DNA of 63,673 bases, filler included, from Octopus bimaculoides (lineage: Eukaryota), in the NCBI RefSeq assembly GCF_001194135.2. It is 7 parts of 7 records of this genome, joined end to end, with 100 filler letters (N's around TTAATTAATTAA, not from the genome) between each part and the next. Parts side by side here need not be neighbours in the genome. Positions count along the whole stretch, not along the records: positions 19,961 to 33,595 come from NC_068995.1; positions 33,696 to 44,955 come from NC_069003.1; 5 more parts are not named here. One strand, given 5' to 3'. The position numbers and the translations under genes were made by a program. Below, one piece after another: positions 25,791 through 38,964 of the stretch. Position 1 is the stretch's first letter. Each line of letters begins with the position of its first letter. The notes under the pieces were generated by a model. That model had not been told where the DNA came from and searched no databases. It saw nothing but the letters and a program-made list of their open reading frames with translations.

Positions 25791-26866
25791 TCTCCCTCTC
25801 ATATGGCATCCATATTAAGACCCAGTAAAGAGAGGGGTAAGAAGGGGATGAAAGTAGTCATATATGTCCATTTGTACATACCCAGTATTAACCTTATATG
25901 CTAATACACACATATATCGTATATGTGTACATTAGATTCATAATTCTCTATCATTTTACTTTGTGAAGATTGACACTGGAGATGAGCAGGAAATTACTGG
26001 TACACTACATATAGAAAGTTAGGACATATGATGGTGATCATGAATAAGCCCCGAAACTTGGTATTTGTTGACATAGAGAAGGGTTACACATTCTGTGATC
26101 TAAGTTTGAAATTGAGAAAAAATATTGACAGTTATTGCTTATCTCATTTTATGAATCATACATCTTATTCAAGATGCTTAAACATTGTTGTGGATTTTCA
26201 AAAGCCTTAAATACCTTTTAAAACTCTGCAATACATCATCATCATCATTTAACATCTGCCTTCCATGCTGGCAAGAATTTCTATGTTAAAGATGAAATAT
26301 GAAAGACATTTTGAGTCTTGTTAGAAACAATGAAATATGAAAAGCCTTGCAATTCTTGTGTATAATTTTAGGAAAGATATCCCAGGTAGTTTCTTTGGTA
26401 TCACATTATGTCACAAAAACTATCTTGTTGGGCAGCAAAATCAAGTAGAACATATCTGCACTACCAAAGTGCCAATCTATGTAATTAAACACTATGTGAT
26501 GGAGATAGAAAGATAAATAGGTATTTAGACAGACATGAATAACTATCCCTGATCTAAAATAAATTTTTAAAACAATAATAAATGGAAAATAAAAATGTTG
26601 TATGATACATGTTTTTCCATGGGACCATAGTAATATAAAACCCTGCAAAATCAGTTCACAAACAACTAAAACTATACAAGGATAGCTGCTATTTATGTGT
26701 GTTCATAAATGGCCTCACCAAAAGTCTATTCATACAGCCAAATTGTAATTATGTTTATTCTGAATCTGCTACAACACAGCACAACAGATGGACTAAAACA
26801 ACAACACAGCATTGTCTAAGATTAGCAAGAGTCACATATGCATGCACACACGCATGCACACACACA

Positions 26867-26904
<38 letters not shown>

Positions 26905-27241
26905 AATATATGTTCTTTAGTTCTCTAGTTTGTTTTAACTATTACAGCTAAAGGTTATGCCAAAGCATTTCCTTCATAATTAGATTTTCTGTCTCTTGTG
27001 CTGTCTTTGTGCATGTCCATGGGTCCACTGTTTTGGTTTAGTCACAATCCCATCTTTAAAAACCAACATAAAAACACAATTTAAACCTCCAGATCAGAAT
27101 GTGAATGAAAGATCCATTGTTTTTCTCTGTATACATTTCCTCACAGGTTCTTATTAGCTGACATTTGATTCTTACTACTGAGTATAAATTCTCCCTACCA
27201 CTAGTCTTGTTTCTTAATCTTCTATTTTAATTCCTTTTGCA

Positions 27242-27280
<39 letters not shown>

Positions 27281-28020
27281 CAGTGTTTTTCATAGAAGGA
27301 AAAGGGGGACCCGGTATGTTGTGAGGATTGTAATAAGAACAGACATTAAATTCTACTCTACTCATAGCAACTTAACTTATGGAACTCCCCTGTGGACAAA
27401 ATGTCGCTCATAGATTTGTGCCAGTTTTCCTGGATTCAGAGTTTACCCTCCAGAATGAGAGAATGTTTTCCCTTGGAAAGTATACATGTCTATTATAACC
27501 TCTTATATATTAGGGGAAATTTTCTAAGGAAAATTGCCCACCCATGAAGAAATCATTTTATATATTCACAAAATGAATTTAAACATGCAAAGAAAATATT
27601 TTTTTCAAAAATACAAAGATCTAATTATTTTGACAGATGGTAAACAACTGGTATTACAGCCTTTGTAATTTTAGAATCTGCATAATGTTTTTAACTGTAT
27701 CAAAAATTAATACTTGAAATAGAACATAAAACTGACTGTAAATATTTTTGGTAGAATTATGTAATTAAATTGTATAATAGCTTTAGAAATCATGCATGTT
27801 TTATGAATAGGTTGACAATAATTACTGTTACAGTGTAATACTGTAGAACTCCAGACTTAATGTCCTACAGTTTTATAGTTTTATTTTTAAGTGTTTCTCT
27901 CTCTTCAAATCCCATCATTTGGAGTTTGATTTTTATCCATCTTGGGTCTAGTGGATAAATGTCTGATACACTTCTTCCAACAATGTGTCAACGAATGCAG
28001 ACAATATTATTGTTGTTGTA

Positions 28021-28250
28021 AGGTAACAAGTTGGCAGAATTTTTAGCATGCTGGGCAAAATGCTTAGCGGCATTTTGTCTGTCTTTACATTTTGAGTTCA
28101 AATTCCACCAAGGTTGACTTCACCTTTCATCCTTTTGGGGTCGTTAAAATAAGTACCAGTGGAACCCTGGGATTGGTATAATCAAGTTATCCCCTCCTAA
28201 ATTTGCTGGCCTTGTGCTAAAATTTGAAACAAGTATTATTATTGTTGTTA
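28021..28250 (+). mobile_element. tRNA-derived SINE family B with Deu/Nin-like domain and (ATT)n tail
   Basis: GAGTTCAAATTCC B-box; CCAAGGTTGACTTCACCTTTCATCCTTTTGGGGTCGTTAAAATAAGTACCAG core. Confidence 0.8.
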
Positions 28251-28849
28251 ATGTGAACTTGTTATCATCGTATCCTCTCAACATACCTAACTACCTAAAC
28301 AACTGAACTAACCTAAATAAAAAAGATTTTTCTTTAATTTTTAGTTACCTATTATTTAGACTTGAAGTACATGAACAACCATTATTTACTATATTATGCA
28401 CTGAGTAAGGTGTAGATTATATGGGCAACAAAATCTAATTCGTCAAAAGAATAAATAAATAAACAGAATGCAATAGAAATATTGGAATGCATTGGCTACA
28501 GTAGAGTGTTTAATGTGGTTTTCCAACCTCATTAGACACTGTATAGTGTGTTAAATTGTGGCTACAAAAGACTGAACCTGATTCCTACAAAATATGTTAT
28601 CTTTAGAGACTGATGGTAAATAAAACAATTCTAACTTTTCTTTTTGGTTTTAAGAATTCTGTCCATTTATGTCAAAGTTTAAATCTTACTAGGGGTCAAC
28701 TTTGCTTTGCTTTCTTTTGTGAATGATAAACACTACTATTGGGATTATTCTCTTATTCTTTTATAGTTTTTTATATGTGTTTTTGTATGTACGTTATATG
28801 TTGATTAATCAACTACATCTTGCCTTAAAATTTGTGGCTTCATGTCAAA

Positions 28850-29780
28850 ATCATTATCATCATCTGTCTTCCATGCTGGCATGGGTTGGATAGTTTGACA
28901 GACACTGGCAAGTCAGAGAGCTTCACCAGGCTCCATTGTCCACTTTGGTATGGTTTCTATTGTTGGATGCCCTCCCTAATGCCAACCACTTTACAAAGTG
29001 TACTGGGTGTTTTTTATGTGGAACCACCACTGTTACTTTTTACATGGCCCAACACCAGTGGGGTCGCCAAGTAACTTGCAAGACAAAGACCTCTCATCTG
29101 GGAGAGGGAGTGGAACTAAGGGAAGTGGTTTGTGCCAAGTGAGCAATTAGAGTATAATAAAGGGATATATATAGGTGTCTTACTTTAGAGGAGATACATA
29201 GCTACTCCAGTAGGAAAACAGAGAAAGAGAAAAGAGAGATAGAGTGAAAGATAGAGAGACAGTCAGAATGAGGGAGAGAGAAACCTATGGTGTTGGAGAT
29301 GCATTGGAACCTACCCATGAATAGCTGTATAAGTGGTGCAGATGGGATAAAGAGGTATGTTCCATAAGAGTGTGAGGGGAGATGTTTAGAGATGATGGAA
29401 GAGGTGACTGCAGCAAGTGATGGTGAGACAAATTGGAGTGACTGGGATGAGAGGGCATGGAGAGTGAGTGTGTGGATATGAGGCAAAGTAGAGGGGTCTT
29501 CAATGTGCAATGATCAGGGTAGTGGGAAGATGGGTTGTGAGTGAGAGTTTTGACAGAAGACAGATTGGAGAGGAGTGGCATAGCCATAAAGGACATGTCT
29601 CTATGTATGTATGAATGGCCACAATTTTATTTAGCTTGCCATGTCTTCTCAAACACAGCATATCACCAGAAGTTTCAGTCCCTTGTCATCTCCTCTGTGA
29701 GGCTCAACATCTGAAAATCTTTTGTTATCCATTGCCCCACATCTTCCTGGATCTACCTCTTTCACAGGTTCCCAAGTGTT
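28850..29780 (-). mobile_element. RTE LINE 3' fragment (ORF end, 3' UTR and GAT tail)
   Basis: Shares the CCATGCTGGCATGGGTTGGA tail and GGATGCCCTCCCTAATGCCAACCAC with the other RTE copies. Confidence 0.75.
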
Positions 29781-30146
29781 TATGAAATTGTTTATCATCA
29801 GTTACTTATCCATTTCTAATCAATTAGTTGTTGCACACATCTAATATAAGTTTTCTTTTCGTTTTCATTTTTATTTATTTTCTGTTTTTTGTACATGAAA
29901 GGTAGAATGACACTTATATGCTATCAGATCTAATTTAAAAGCAATTATCATATTTATTTTCATTTTCACTCATGTATATACATACACATACATACAGTTT
30001 ACTTTTCCATTCAAGTAAGATCAACTTGTTTTGGCCATGTGCCCAGAGCCTAGAGATTACACTAGATGTGTTTTAAAAACCTGCTTAGATAAGATTTTCA
30101 ATGCATGAAACTATTAGTAGCTCATAGCTATGTACTGTATATATTA

Positions 30147-30218
<72 letters not shown>

Positions 30219-30327
30219 ATAAGGATAAAATCTATATAAGATTTTATCAAGTAGCCAGCGTGTAAACCAACTTTAGAGTCCCATTAAAGCATGTGGCTTT
30301 TACGCACAGTAATAGCCCTTGATATTA

Positions 30328-30373
<46 letters not shown>

Positions 30374-30638
30374 TTTTCCATACATATATTTCTGTTTTCT
30401 CCCCTCCAAACTTTTTTCCTGTACGTTTATAGACACATACCAGGAACTTTATATGTGCGCGCTTGTGAGTGTGCGCATGGATGTGTGCGTATGTAGATAT
30501 ATGCGCGCATATATAGAGATATGTGCGTGCGTATATGGATATATGCTTGCATGTGATAATATAGACGTGTTTTGACCTTGTCACTACACAGTAATTTCTC
30601 TTTGTTTTTAATGGTCATTTTTCATAGGAATTTTCAAT

Positions 30639-30712
30639 TGGCCGGATAACTGAAGAGATGTTGGTGTAGGCTCCCACCCTGGCATCCGAAACTCAGAGTT
30701 TTATCATGGCTA
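30639..30712 (+). ncRNA. Type I hammerhead ribozyme motif, near-intact
   Basis: Stem I TGGCCG-GATAA / TTATC-A-TGGCTA; core CTGAAGA (30650-56) and GAAA (30688-91); stem II GATGTTGG/CTGGCATC; stem III ACTC-A-GAGT; GUU triplet. Confidence 0.7.
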
Positions 30713-31830
30713 CTGAATAAGTGTCACATATTTTTACAGATATATATATATATATATTAATAGAGTAACTATTATACATTACAGGTGAACCAAAAGGCAA
30801 GAGAAAAGATTTACTACACCAAGAGGTAAGTTGAAATTTGTCTTCTAAGCTCAGCAGCAAAAATTGTTGTGTTGTTATTATTTAACACTAGGTCAGTACT
30901 AAGTGAGTAGATCTATGATCAAAACAATCTGAGACTATTCCATCTTTTTATGCTTCTAAGAATATATTGTCCATTGCCTTCTTTCATTTTTAAGTTAGTA
31001 GAGTGTGATATAAGAAAGATATCTGGCTACTTTTTCTGGCGAATCAAATAAACATGACTGCCTTGTCTCTCACTGTTGTATGTGTTATTTATGTGTTTGC
31101 TTATGTATGCATGTGTATGGTGTTATGTTGTGTATAGATAAACATATGTAGTATATTCTTCCTTAACTATAAGTATGTTTGCTGATGTGTACATATTCAG
31201 AAATTTAAGCTTTATGTGTGTGTATGTGTGCGCGCATGTGTGTGCTTATTTAAAAAATATAATGTACTCGTTTTTAATTATTGTGTGTTTTTGTGTGCCT
31301 GTGTTGATCTATATGTGTGTACATGTGAAATTTATGTAAAGTCCTCCTCCTTAACTCTAGTGTGTGCACGTCCACATGCATGCAAGTATGTGTGTGTTTG
31401 TGTGTGTGTGTCTGTGTTAATCTGTGTATTCATTAAAAAAATATTTTCCCTACCAGCTGACTAGTTTACTTACAAACATACTTCTGTTAATCATGGCTTA
31501 TCTGACAGTGAATAACCAATGCAGTTGCCTTTAAAATTTTCCTAAGGCATGTCTGCATGCACCAATAAAATTTATTATACAAACATAAATGACATTAGAT
31601 AAACAGAAATATAGTGTGGCATGTTTCTGTCATCTTCATCTGTTATATTTTTATTTGCTTTTATCTTAGGCATGTTTCTTAATATATCAAATGAAGGATA
31701 GGAGTCTACAAACCAGTGAGAGGAACCTATTTGCAGTCATTTAATTTGCTAAAAATATTAGTCAAATTTTCCTCAGCTGCTGCTATATAGAAGAAAGACC
31801 TGTTGGATAATGTAGTACTACATGCAGTAC

Positions 31831-32060
31831 CTTTTATCTTTTACTTGTTTCAGTCAAGAGACTGTGGCCATGCTGGGGCACCATCTTGAAGCATTTTAGT
31901 TGAACAAATTGACCCTAGTACTTATTATTTTAAGCCCAATACTTATTCTATCATCCCTTTTGCCAAACTGCTAAGTTATGGGGATATAAACGCACCAACA
32001 CCAGTTGTCATGTGGGGGTGGTAGTGGTGGTGGGTCAAATACAGACACAAAGACATGCAC
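31831..32060 (-). mobile_element. SINE family A 3' half
   Basis: Reverse complement of the family A tail. Confidence 0.8.
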
Positions 32061-32067
32061 ATATATA

Positions 32068-33212
32068 TACTAGCTGGTGTACCCGGTAATTCCCGCGGGT
32101 AAAAATGTTCTATTGAAATGACTTGTTGCTCTGATATAAGAAAGCAATTTCATTATAACTGCCACAAAAGGTGTATTTTCTGTCACGAAAATGTACAAAA
32201 AACTGTCAGCTGGAGGAGGGAGAGATTGTTGGAGGTTGGTGAGAGAGGTTGTCGGAGGTTGGTGAGAGACAAAGAAATTATTTTGCTTAGCAAAGGCATC
32301 TGGGAAATGGATAACTGCTGTCATTCACAGAAAAACTATTGTTTTACTGTGAGAAAAGCTCTGTTGAAGTGTTAAGTGAAATTTGGCAATTGAGGATCGA
32401 ATGCACGCTATGCCTGCATGAAGCCACAACAAATACGTTGTGGAATAAAAAAATTTATTTACCCTCATGGAGAAAGTGTAACTGTAAAAATGCAGAATTA
32501 TCGGAGTAATGGGCATTCAAAAACGCATGTATGTATAGAAATGTATGAATGAAGTCTTTAAGGTTTAAGATTCAAATTAAGAAAGTGCAATAATAATGTT
32601 TAGCAGTTCAAAACTGTAAGTAGTGAAATGCAGAATTAGGTCGGCTGATCGTGAGAATCAAATATTGATCACTTTGCTAACATCTGCAGGTGATATGGGT
32701 TATTTCCCTTGGGTTGTTTAAATAAAATATTAGTAATATGTAATAGACAGAAGGATCCATTGGAAGGGCAGTATTATCGATTTTTTTTCAACAATCTAAG
32801 TATGTCACGAGGTTTCCAGGCATGAGTTCATCTCACATGTCAAATAAAGTATAAAAGTGATATTGTCTGCAAAAATTAGAAATAGGACACACAAAAAAAT
32901 CAATATTCAAAGTAATCGAACATAAACAATGAAATGGGTTATTTCTATTGAGTGTTTAAAAAAAATATTGTACAGGGGCTATGGGTTATTTCCCTTAAGT
33001 GTTTAAAAAAATTAGTTATATGAGGTAGATATAAAGGTCCCTTCCAGGGGCTGCATTATCAATTTTTCCAACAATCTAAGTATGTCACAAGGTTTCCAGA
33101 CATGAGTTCTACTTACGTGTCAAGTTTCATCAAAATCAATAAACAATGTAGGAGGAGTTAGCTAACAATGCCACAAACAAACAGACACCGATTTTCCACA
33201 TAAGTAGTAGAT
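32068..33212 (+). mobile_element. Non-autonomous Helitron-type (Lep1-like) element
   Basis: 5' TACTAGCTGGTGTACCCGGTAATTCCCGCGGG hairpin start; 3' CAAGTTTCATCAAAATC...CAAACAAACAGACA...AGTAGTAGAT end; internal duplications; a second 5' end at 33231. Confidence 0.65.
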
Positions 33213-33695
33213 ATATACAAAAATATATAATACTAGCAGAAATACCCGGCTTTGCCCGGGGTAAACAGAATACTGAAATCTAAAAACGCCGTCTAGACTA
33301 CGCAACCCTCAACTGTTAGTAGCTACGATACCATATTTCTACATTAATAACTCTCCATTCCATGCCAGCATGGAACATAGACATGAAGTGGAATGCCAGT
33401 CTCTCATCTTGGAGGGCCTTGAAATCAATGTTACCAACTGGAGACTATGTGTGTCGTAGTGATAATAAAAAGACCCAAAGGAGGTCTGCAACGAAATAAT
33501 TTTACTCAACACTTTGCAAGTGAATCAGTGGAGGCAAAGATGCGTCTCATTTACTTGACAATTTATGCACCACATTGCAGAAATCACAATGAAAGNNNNN
33601 NNNNNNNNNNNNNNNNNNNNNNNNNNNNNNNNNNNNNNNTTAATTAATTAANNNNNNNNNNNNNNNNNNNNNNNNNNNNNNNNNNNNNNNNNNNN

Positions 33696-33738
<43 letters not shown>

Positions 33739-34732
33739 TGCACACAAAGATACATACATATTAGGAACGACTGATGCCATCATGGAATCTGGATATTAAA
33801 TGATGTTCATATATATATATATATATATGTGTGTGCATATATACATTTTGTATATATATTTATACAGTTATGCATGTATACACGCACATACATATGTATG
33901 TGTGTATATTGAGAGAGTGAGAGAGAGATACATATATACATATATGGAATATGTAATAATAAGCCTGTTTTGACAGATAAATACTTGTCTTGTACATTAT
34001 TTATCATGTTATCTGTTTGTAAATAGTCGAGAAAATAAAAAAAAAATGGAGGGGAGGCAGGAAAAAAACCCCAAAACAAAGAAACAAATGTAAGGAAAAA
34101 AACAACGAAATATATATAAATTCAAAGCAAAAATGATTTTAAAAAATGATAGTGTGTTTTGGAGAACAAGTTCTTTGGCGGGGCTGATAAACATCAGAAA
34201 CGGATTTCTGTGTGGTCCAAAGAAGGAAGAAGGCTGATATTTTTTTCATTTGTGTATCTCACCAATGAGTATGAAGGACTGAGATGCACTACTGATAAAA
34301 TCCACTTACGATGAAACTTTCAAAATCCGACACAGTGGGAGGGTGGGCTCTGGCTATTTTGTTTATTGTTGTGCTTGCTTTTCAAGTAGGCAGGAAGTAG
34401 CTTAAGAATAAGGGGGAAGAAAAGAAAAAAAAACCAACAAAAAAACGGAAGAAAACCTCCAGGAAGGGTTAAGGATTATAGGAAAAAATTTAAATTGCTT
34501 GTAAATAACATAAATATTTGGAAGGTGTTTTTTTTTTCTTTTTTTATTTAGATGAAGGGAGATAGAATATTGGTTGTGGGGCTGGGCCGTTGTTGCTGAT
34601 AAATTAAGAAAGGAAAAGTGGGGTTTTTGTAAACACAGAAATTGCAGGACTGCTTTTAGGATTTTTGTTGGAAACAGTTATTTGTTTTCTGTAAATGGGA
34701 TTTTAGTTTTATTCATAAAATGGTGAACGCAG

Positions 34733-34910
34733 GCCAGGCCAGGCATGGCTGTGTGGTTGAGAAATTTGCTTTGCAGCCGGATGGTATCAGGCTTGATTTC
34801 ACTCTATGGCACCTTGGGCAAGAGTCTTCTTCTTCTTCTTCTGTGGTCCTGGGTCAACCAGTGTCTCATGATTGAATTTGATTCATAGAAACTGAAAGAA
34901 GTTCATCGCG
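34733..34910 (+). mobile_element. SINE family A 5' half, degraded
   Basis: GGCATGGCTGTGTGG head and GGCACCTTGGGCAAG block. Confidence 0.7.
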
Positions 34911-34959
34911 TGTGTGTGTGGGGGGGGATATAGATTATCATGTGATCGTCCAGACCATC

Positions 34960-35126
34960 GAATTAATCAAGCATTGTCTCATATCTTTGAGATTTCAATG
35001 ATGTGGTTGTACATTTTTCAAATTACATTGTAAGATATGTGTGAGAGGCCTGATCTGGCCAGTTTGAACATAAAACAGGTAGAATATTTTGGCTGCATAT
35101 GGCCGGTTTAAATGCTAAAGGGTCAA
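34960..35126. mobile_element. piggyBac-like MITE fragment (second copy 37069-37280)
   Basis: End AATGCTAAAGGG-TCAA here and TTAA-CCCTTTAG at 37069; shared internal AAAACAGGTAG-ATATTTTGGCTG. Confidence 0.6.
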
Positions 35127-35230
35127 GATGTTTCTTGTACTTGTCATGCAAAATATCCTTTTTTTCTTTGTTCTTTTTTTTTGTATTTTTGTTTGTTTTG
35201 TTTTGTTACTTACTGTTCCACCTGGAATTA

Positions 35231-35267
35231 CACTAATTTAATTTTTTTTTTCTCATTTTAGGTAAGT
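35231..35267 (+). promoter_or_regulatory. Candidate recursive splice site (branch point, polypyrimidine tract, AG|GTAAGT)
   Basis: CACTAAT (35231-37), T-rich tract, TAG (35259-61) immediately followed by GTAAGT (35262-67); second donor GTG|GTAAGT at 35432. Confidence 0.6.
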
Positions 35268-36396
35268 TTACTTAAAGAGAACCAACCTTTTGAATTCCAC
35301 TTACTGTATCTGGTAAAAAAAACTGGGTGATGTATTCTGTTATAATTCAAATTTTGTACGGATCACCTACGCATACATACACAAATGCATGCACGCTAAC
35401 ATGTATCCAAATGCAAATGCACCCTGTGGTGGTAAGTTTTTTCCTGCTTTTATATTTTTTTTTGTGAAGTATTATATTATTTTTTAGTTTTCTGACCAGA
35501 GCTAATTACACATAATGCTATACGTTAGTATGTTGGTACAATACTGGGTACTTTGTCATGTATACATGAGCAGACTTGTGGTACCTCTGCTGGATCAACA
35601 GTCTAATGGTACCTAATGCTGGAACACTAGTCTTTTTTGTAAAAGAAGTGTCAAGTATTCATTTATTTGTGCTGTTGTTATTCGGCCTCAAGTCAGATGA
35701 CCAACAGCCTTCCAATTATGACCAGCCCTTCGTTTTGTATATCTGGTAGCTAATGCTACCAGTCATTGTATGATGACTGGAATAGCATAAGAGAGACAAT
35801 CTCTCTTGTCAACTCACAGCGCACTCTGTTCGGTTTCTGTGACCGAAGAGGAGATAACCATTCCGAAATGCTAGCATCTCACAGTCTGGATAGGTGGCAC
35901 TGCAAGCTGATTGAGATGTGATTACATCATTTGTCTACAGTGAGAGATTTTCTCCATGGCAAAACACAATAAATGGCTTCCTTACAGGTTTGAATGTGCC
36001 ACTGGCTTATTCAAACTGGTAATAACATTGTATCTTTAAACATCACTGCTTTGTGCGCCCACCCCAAAATTTGTCCACTGTATCTGTTGCTTTTCAAGAT
36101 AGATCGATCGATAGATAGATAATTTCTTTTTAAATGAAGGAAACGTTATGGACCCCAGATTAATGTAAGTTTTTTTTATACAAACTGCATCAAGAAGAGA
36201 AAGAAAGAGAGAGTGAGTGACAGAGAACAAGGGGAGAAAGAGGGTAAGACTGGATTGTCAAGGCTGGAACATTTTTGATCTTGTGTGTGTGTGTGTGTGT
36301 GTGTGTGTNNNNNNNNNNNNNNNNNNNNNNNNNNNNNNNNNNNNNNNNNNNNNNNNNNNNNNNNNNNNNNNNNNNNNNNNNNNNNNNNNNNNNNNN

Positions 36397-36705
36397 CTAT
36401 TATAACCTTGGGCTAACCAAAGCCTTGTAAGTAGATTTGGTAGACGGAAACTGAAAGAAGCCCATATATATATTTATGTATTTGTGTCTGTGTTTGTCCC
36501 CCCACCATTGCTTGACTGCCAATGTTGGCTTGTTTACATCCCTGTAACTTAGTGGTTTTGTTAAAAGAGACTGATAGAATAAGTACTTGGCTTACAAAGA
36601 GTAAGTCCTGTGGTCAATTTATTTAGCTAAAAATAACCCTTTATGGCGGTGCTCCAGCATGGCCACAGTCAAATGACGGAAACAAGTACAAGAATAAAAG
36701 AATAT
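36397..36705 (+). mobile_element. SINE family A, 5' end in gap
   Basis: Middle and tail match 1665-1980. Confidence 0.82.
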
Positions 36706-37280
36706 ATATATACTCAATCAGGGATGACCTGGGGGGAGGGGGAACTAAACTACAACAACGCCGCCACAGCCACCACCGCCAACAACATTTTGGAATCTTT
36801 GGAATTGACCAAAAATTACCGTCTACACTGAATAACACTTGGGCCCCTCCCCCATCATCATCATCATCATCATCACCGACAACACCAACACATTTCTGCA
36901 CTAAATACATCACATAACTTAGATAACAATCTACCCAAAGTTAGAATTTGTACAACTAAGCTATTTACATCTCAGCTGTTTTATATGTGTGCATACATGT
37001 GTGTGTGTGTGTGGGGGGGGGTATTTGTCTGTGTGCATACCAGACATTTTTTTTGCGATACAGAATGTTTAACCCTTTAGAATTCAGACTATCCTCCCGA
37101 ATGTAAAGCTTATCTATTCACACGATTTTAAATTAATCCAGCATTATTTCATGACTTTGAAATTCCAATGATGTGATGGTTTATTTATTAAAACTGTAGG
37201 GTAGCTATGAAAGACCATATATGACCAGTTCGAAGATAAAAACAGGTAGGATATTTTGGCTGGTTATAGCTGGTTGAAAC

Positions 37281-37530
37281 CAGGGCTGTGGAGTCGAAAC
37301 AAAGAACTTTGACTCGGAATCTTCTACTTTTGGTACCTACGATTCCTCTTTATGTAATTTAGTGGTTGTGGTCTCATAAAGCATATGCATACGCTGGTCT
37401 TTGAGTAGGCCTATATGTTATAACGGGTTTATATAAAAAAATAAAGATATTGCGAGTCAGTCAGTATAGTTTTACCGACTCTGACTCCAGTTACCCCTTA
37501 ATTGTTTCTGACTCCAGGACTCCGACTCCT
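37281..37530. mobile_element. Non-autonomous DNA transposon fragment with GGAGTC/GACTCC subterminal repeats
   Basis: Starts CAGGGCTGTGGAGTCG; GACTCC repeats at 37475-37530. Confidence 0.45.
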
Positions 37531-37591
37531 CTTCATGTAATTAAGTGGTTGTGGTCTACATATCTCATAAAGCATATGCATACACGCATAC

Positions 37592-38020
37592 ATTCCTTTA
37601 TTCCTGTATTTGCGTCAGTCATTTCACTGTGGCCATACTGGAGCACCAGCTTGAAGGGTTTTAATTGAACAAATCAACCCCAGGCCTTATATCTTAAGCC
37701 TAGTACTTATTCTATCGGGTACGTTTGCCGAACTACTAAGTTACTGGGATGTAAACACACCCACACCAGCAGTCAAACAGTAACGAGGGCCGGGGACAAA
37801 CATAGACACAAAGACACACACACACACACATAGATGTACACATATAAATATATATACAACGGGCTTCTTTCAGTTTCCATTTTACCAAATCCACTCACAC
37901 GGCTTTGATCGGCTTGAGGCTATAGTAGATGACACTTGCCCAAGATGCCACACAGTGGGACTGAACCCGGAACCATGTGGTTGGAAAGCAAGCTACCTAC
38001 CAGACAGCCACACCTGTGCC
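37592..38020 (-). mobile_element. Full-length SINE family A
   Basis: Reverse complement of head, core and tail; followed by an RTE-tail remnant (38033-38203) and another head (38203-38354). Confidence 0.87.
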
Positions 38021-38909
38021 TGTACATGTGTATCATCGTCATTTAATATCTGTTTTCTGTGCTGGTATGGGTTGGACAGTTTGACAGGGGCTGGTCTGCC
38101 AAAGAGTTGCCTAGGCCCCAGTTGTCTGTTTCAGCATAGTTTCTACAACTGGATGCCCTTCCCAATGCCAACCACTCCACAGAGTGTCCTGGGTGCTGTT
38201 TACAAGGCTTTACCAAATTCACTCACAAGGCTTTAGTCTACCTGGGTGGGTTATAATAGAAAACGGTTTCCCCCTGAGATGCTATACAGTGGGATCTGAA
38301 CCCAGATCCACGTGGTTGCAAAGCCAATTCCTTAACCACACAGCCACACTTGTGCCTATGATCTTCAGAAAGTCTACCAGATTGATTTCTTTTTTCCTTC
38401 TTCTTCTTCTTCTTCTTGTGTTCTTCATCATCTTTTTCCTTAGCTGTGACCTCCTTCTGCATATCATGAATTTTTCATAATGGCCAGACATCAACCCTGC
38501 CCCTTCCCTTTCTGTCAGTTTTATATAGTGCCATTACTTGCTTTACTCTCCTCCTCCTCCTCTTCCCCCTCCTTCCAGTATTTATTTTTTTGTTTCATTT
38601 TTGAAATTTCTACTAAACACTTTTTTTTTTGTTTTTTGTTTTTCTTTTTTGGTTTCTTGTTTTTGTTAGATCTTTCTTTAATTCTGTAAGGCTGTACGTT
38701 TTTCTTTTTTTATTTTTTGTTTGTATTTTTAAGTTCACGGTTTATGTGCAGAGTTTAAAGACTTTTCGTTTTTTTTTTTCATGTTTGTGTGTATGTATGT
38801 ATGTATGTATGTATGTATGTGTATGGGTGTTTTATGGGTTATAAGTTTGTGTACCTGTATGTGTTCGTGTATGTATGTGTTTGCATTTGTGTCTGTGTGT
38901 TAGTGTGAA

Positions 38910-38964
<55 letters not shown>

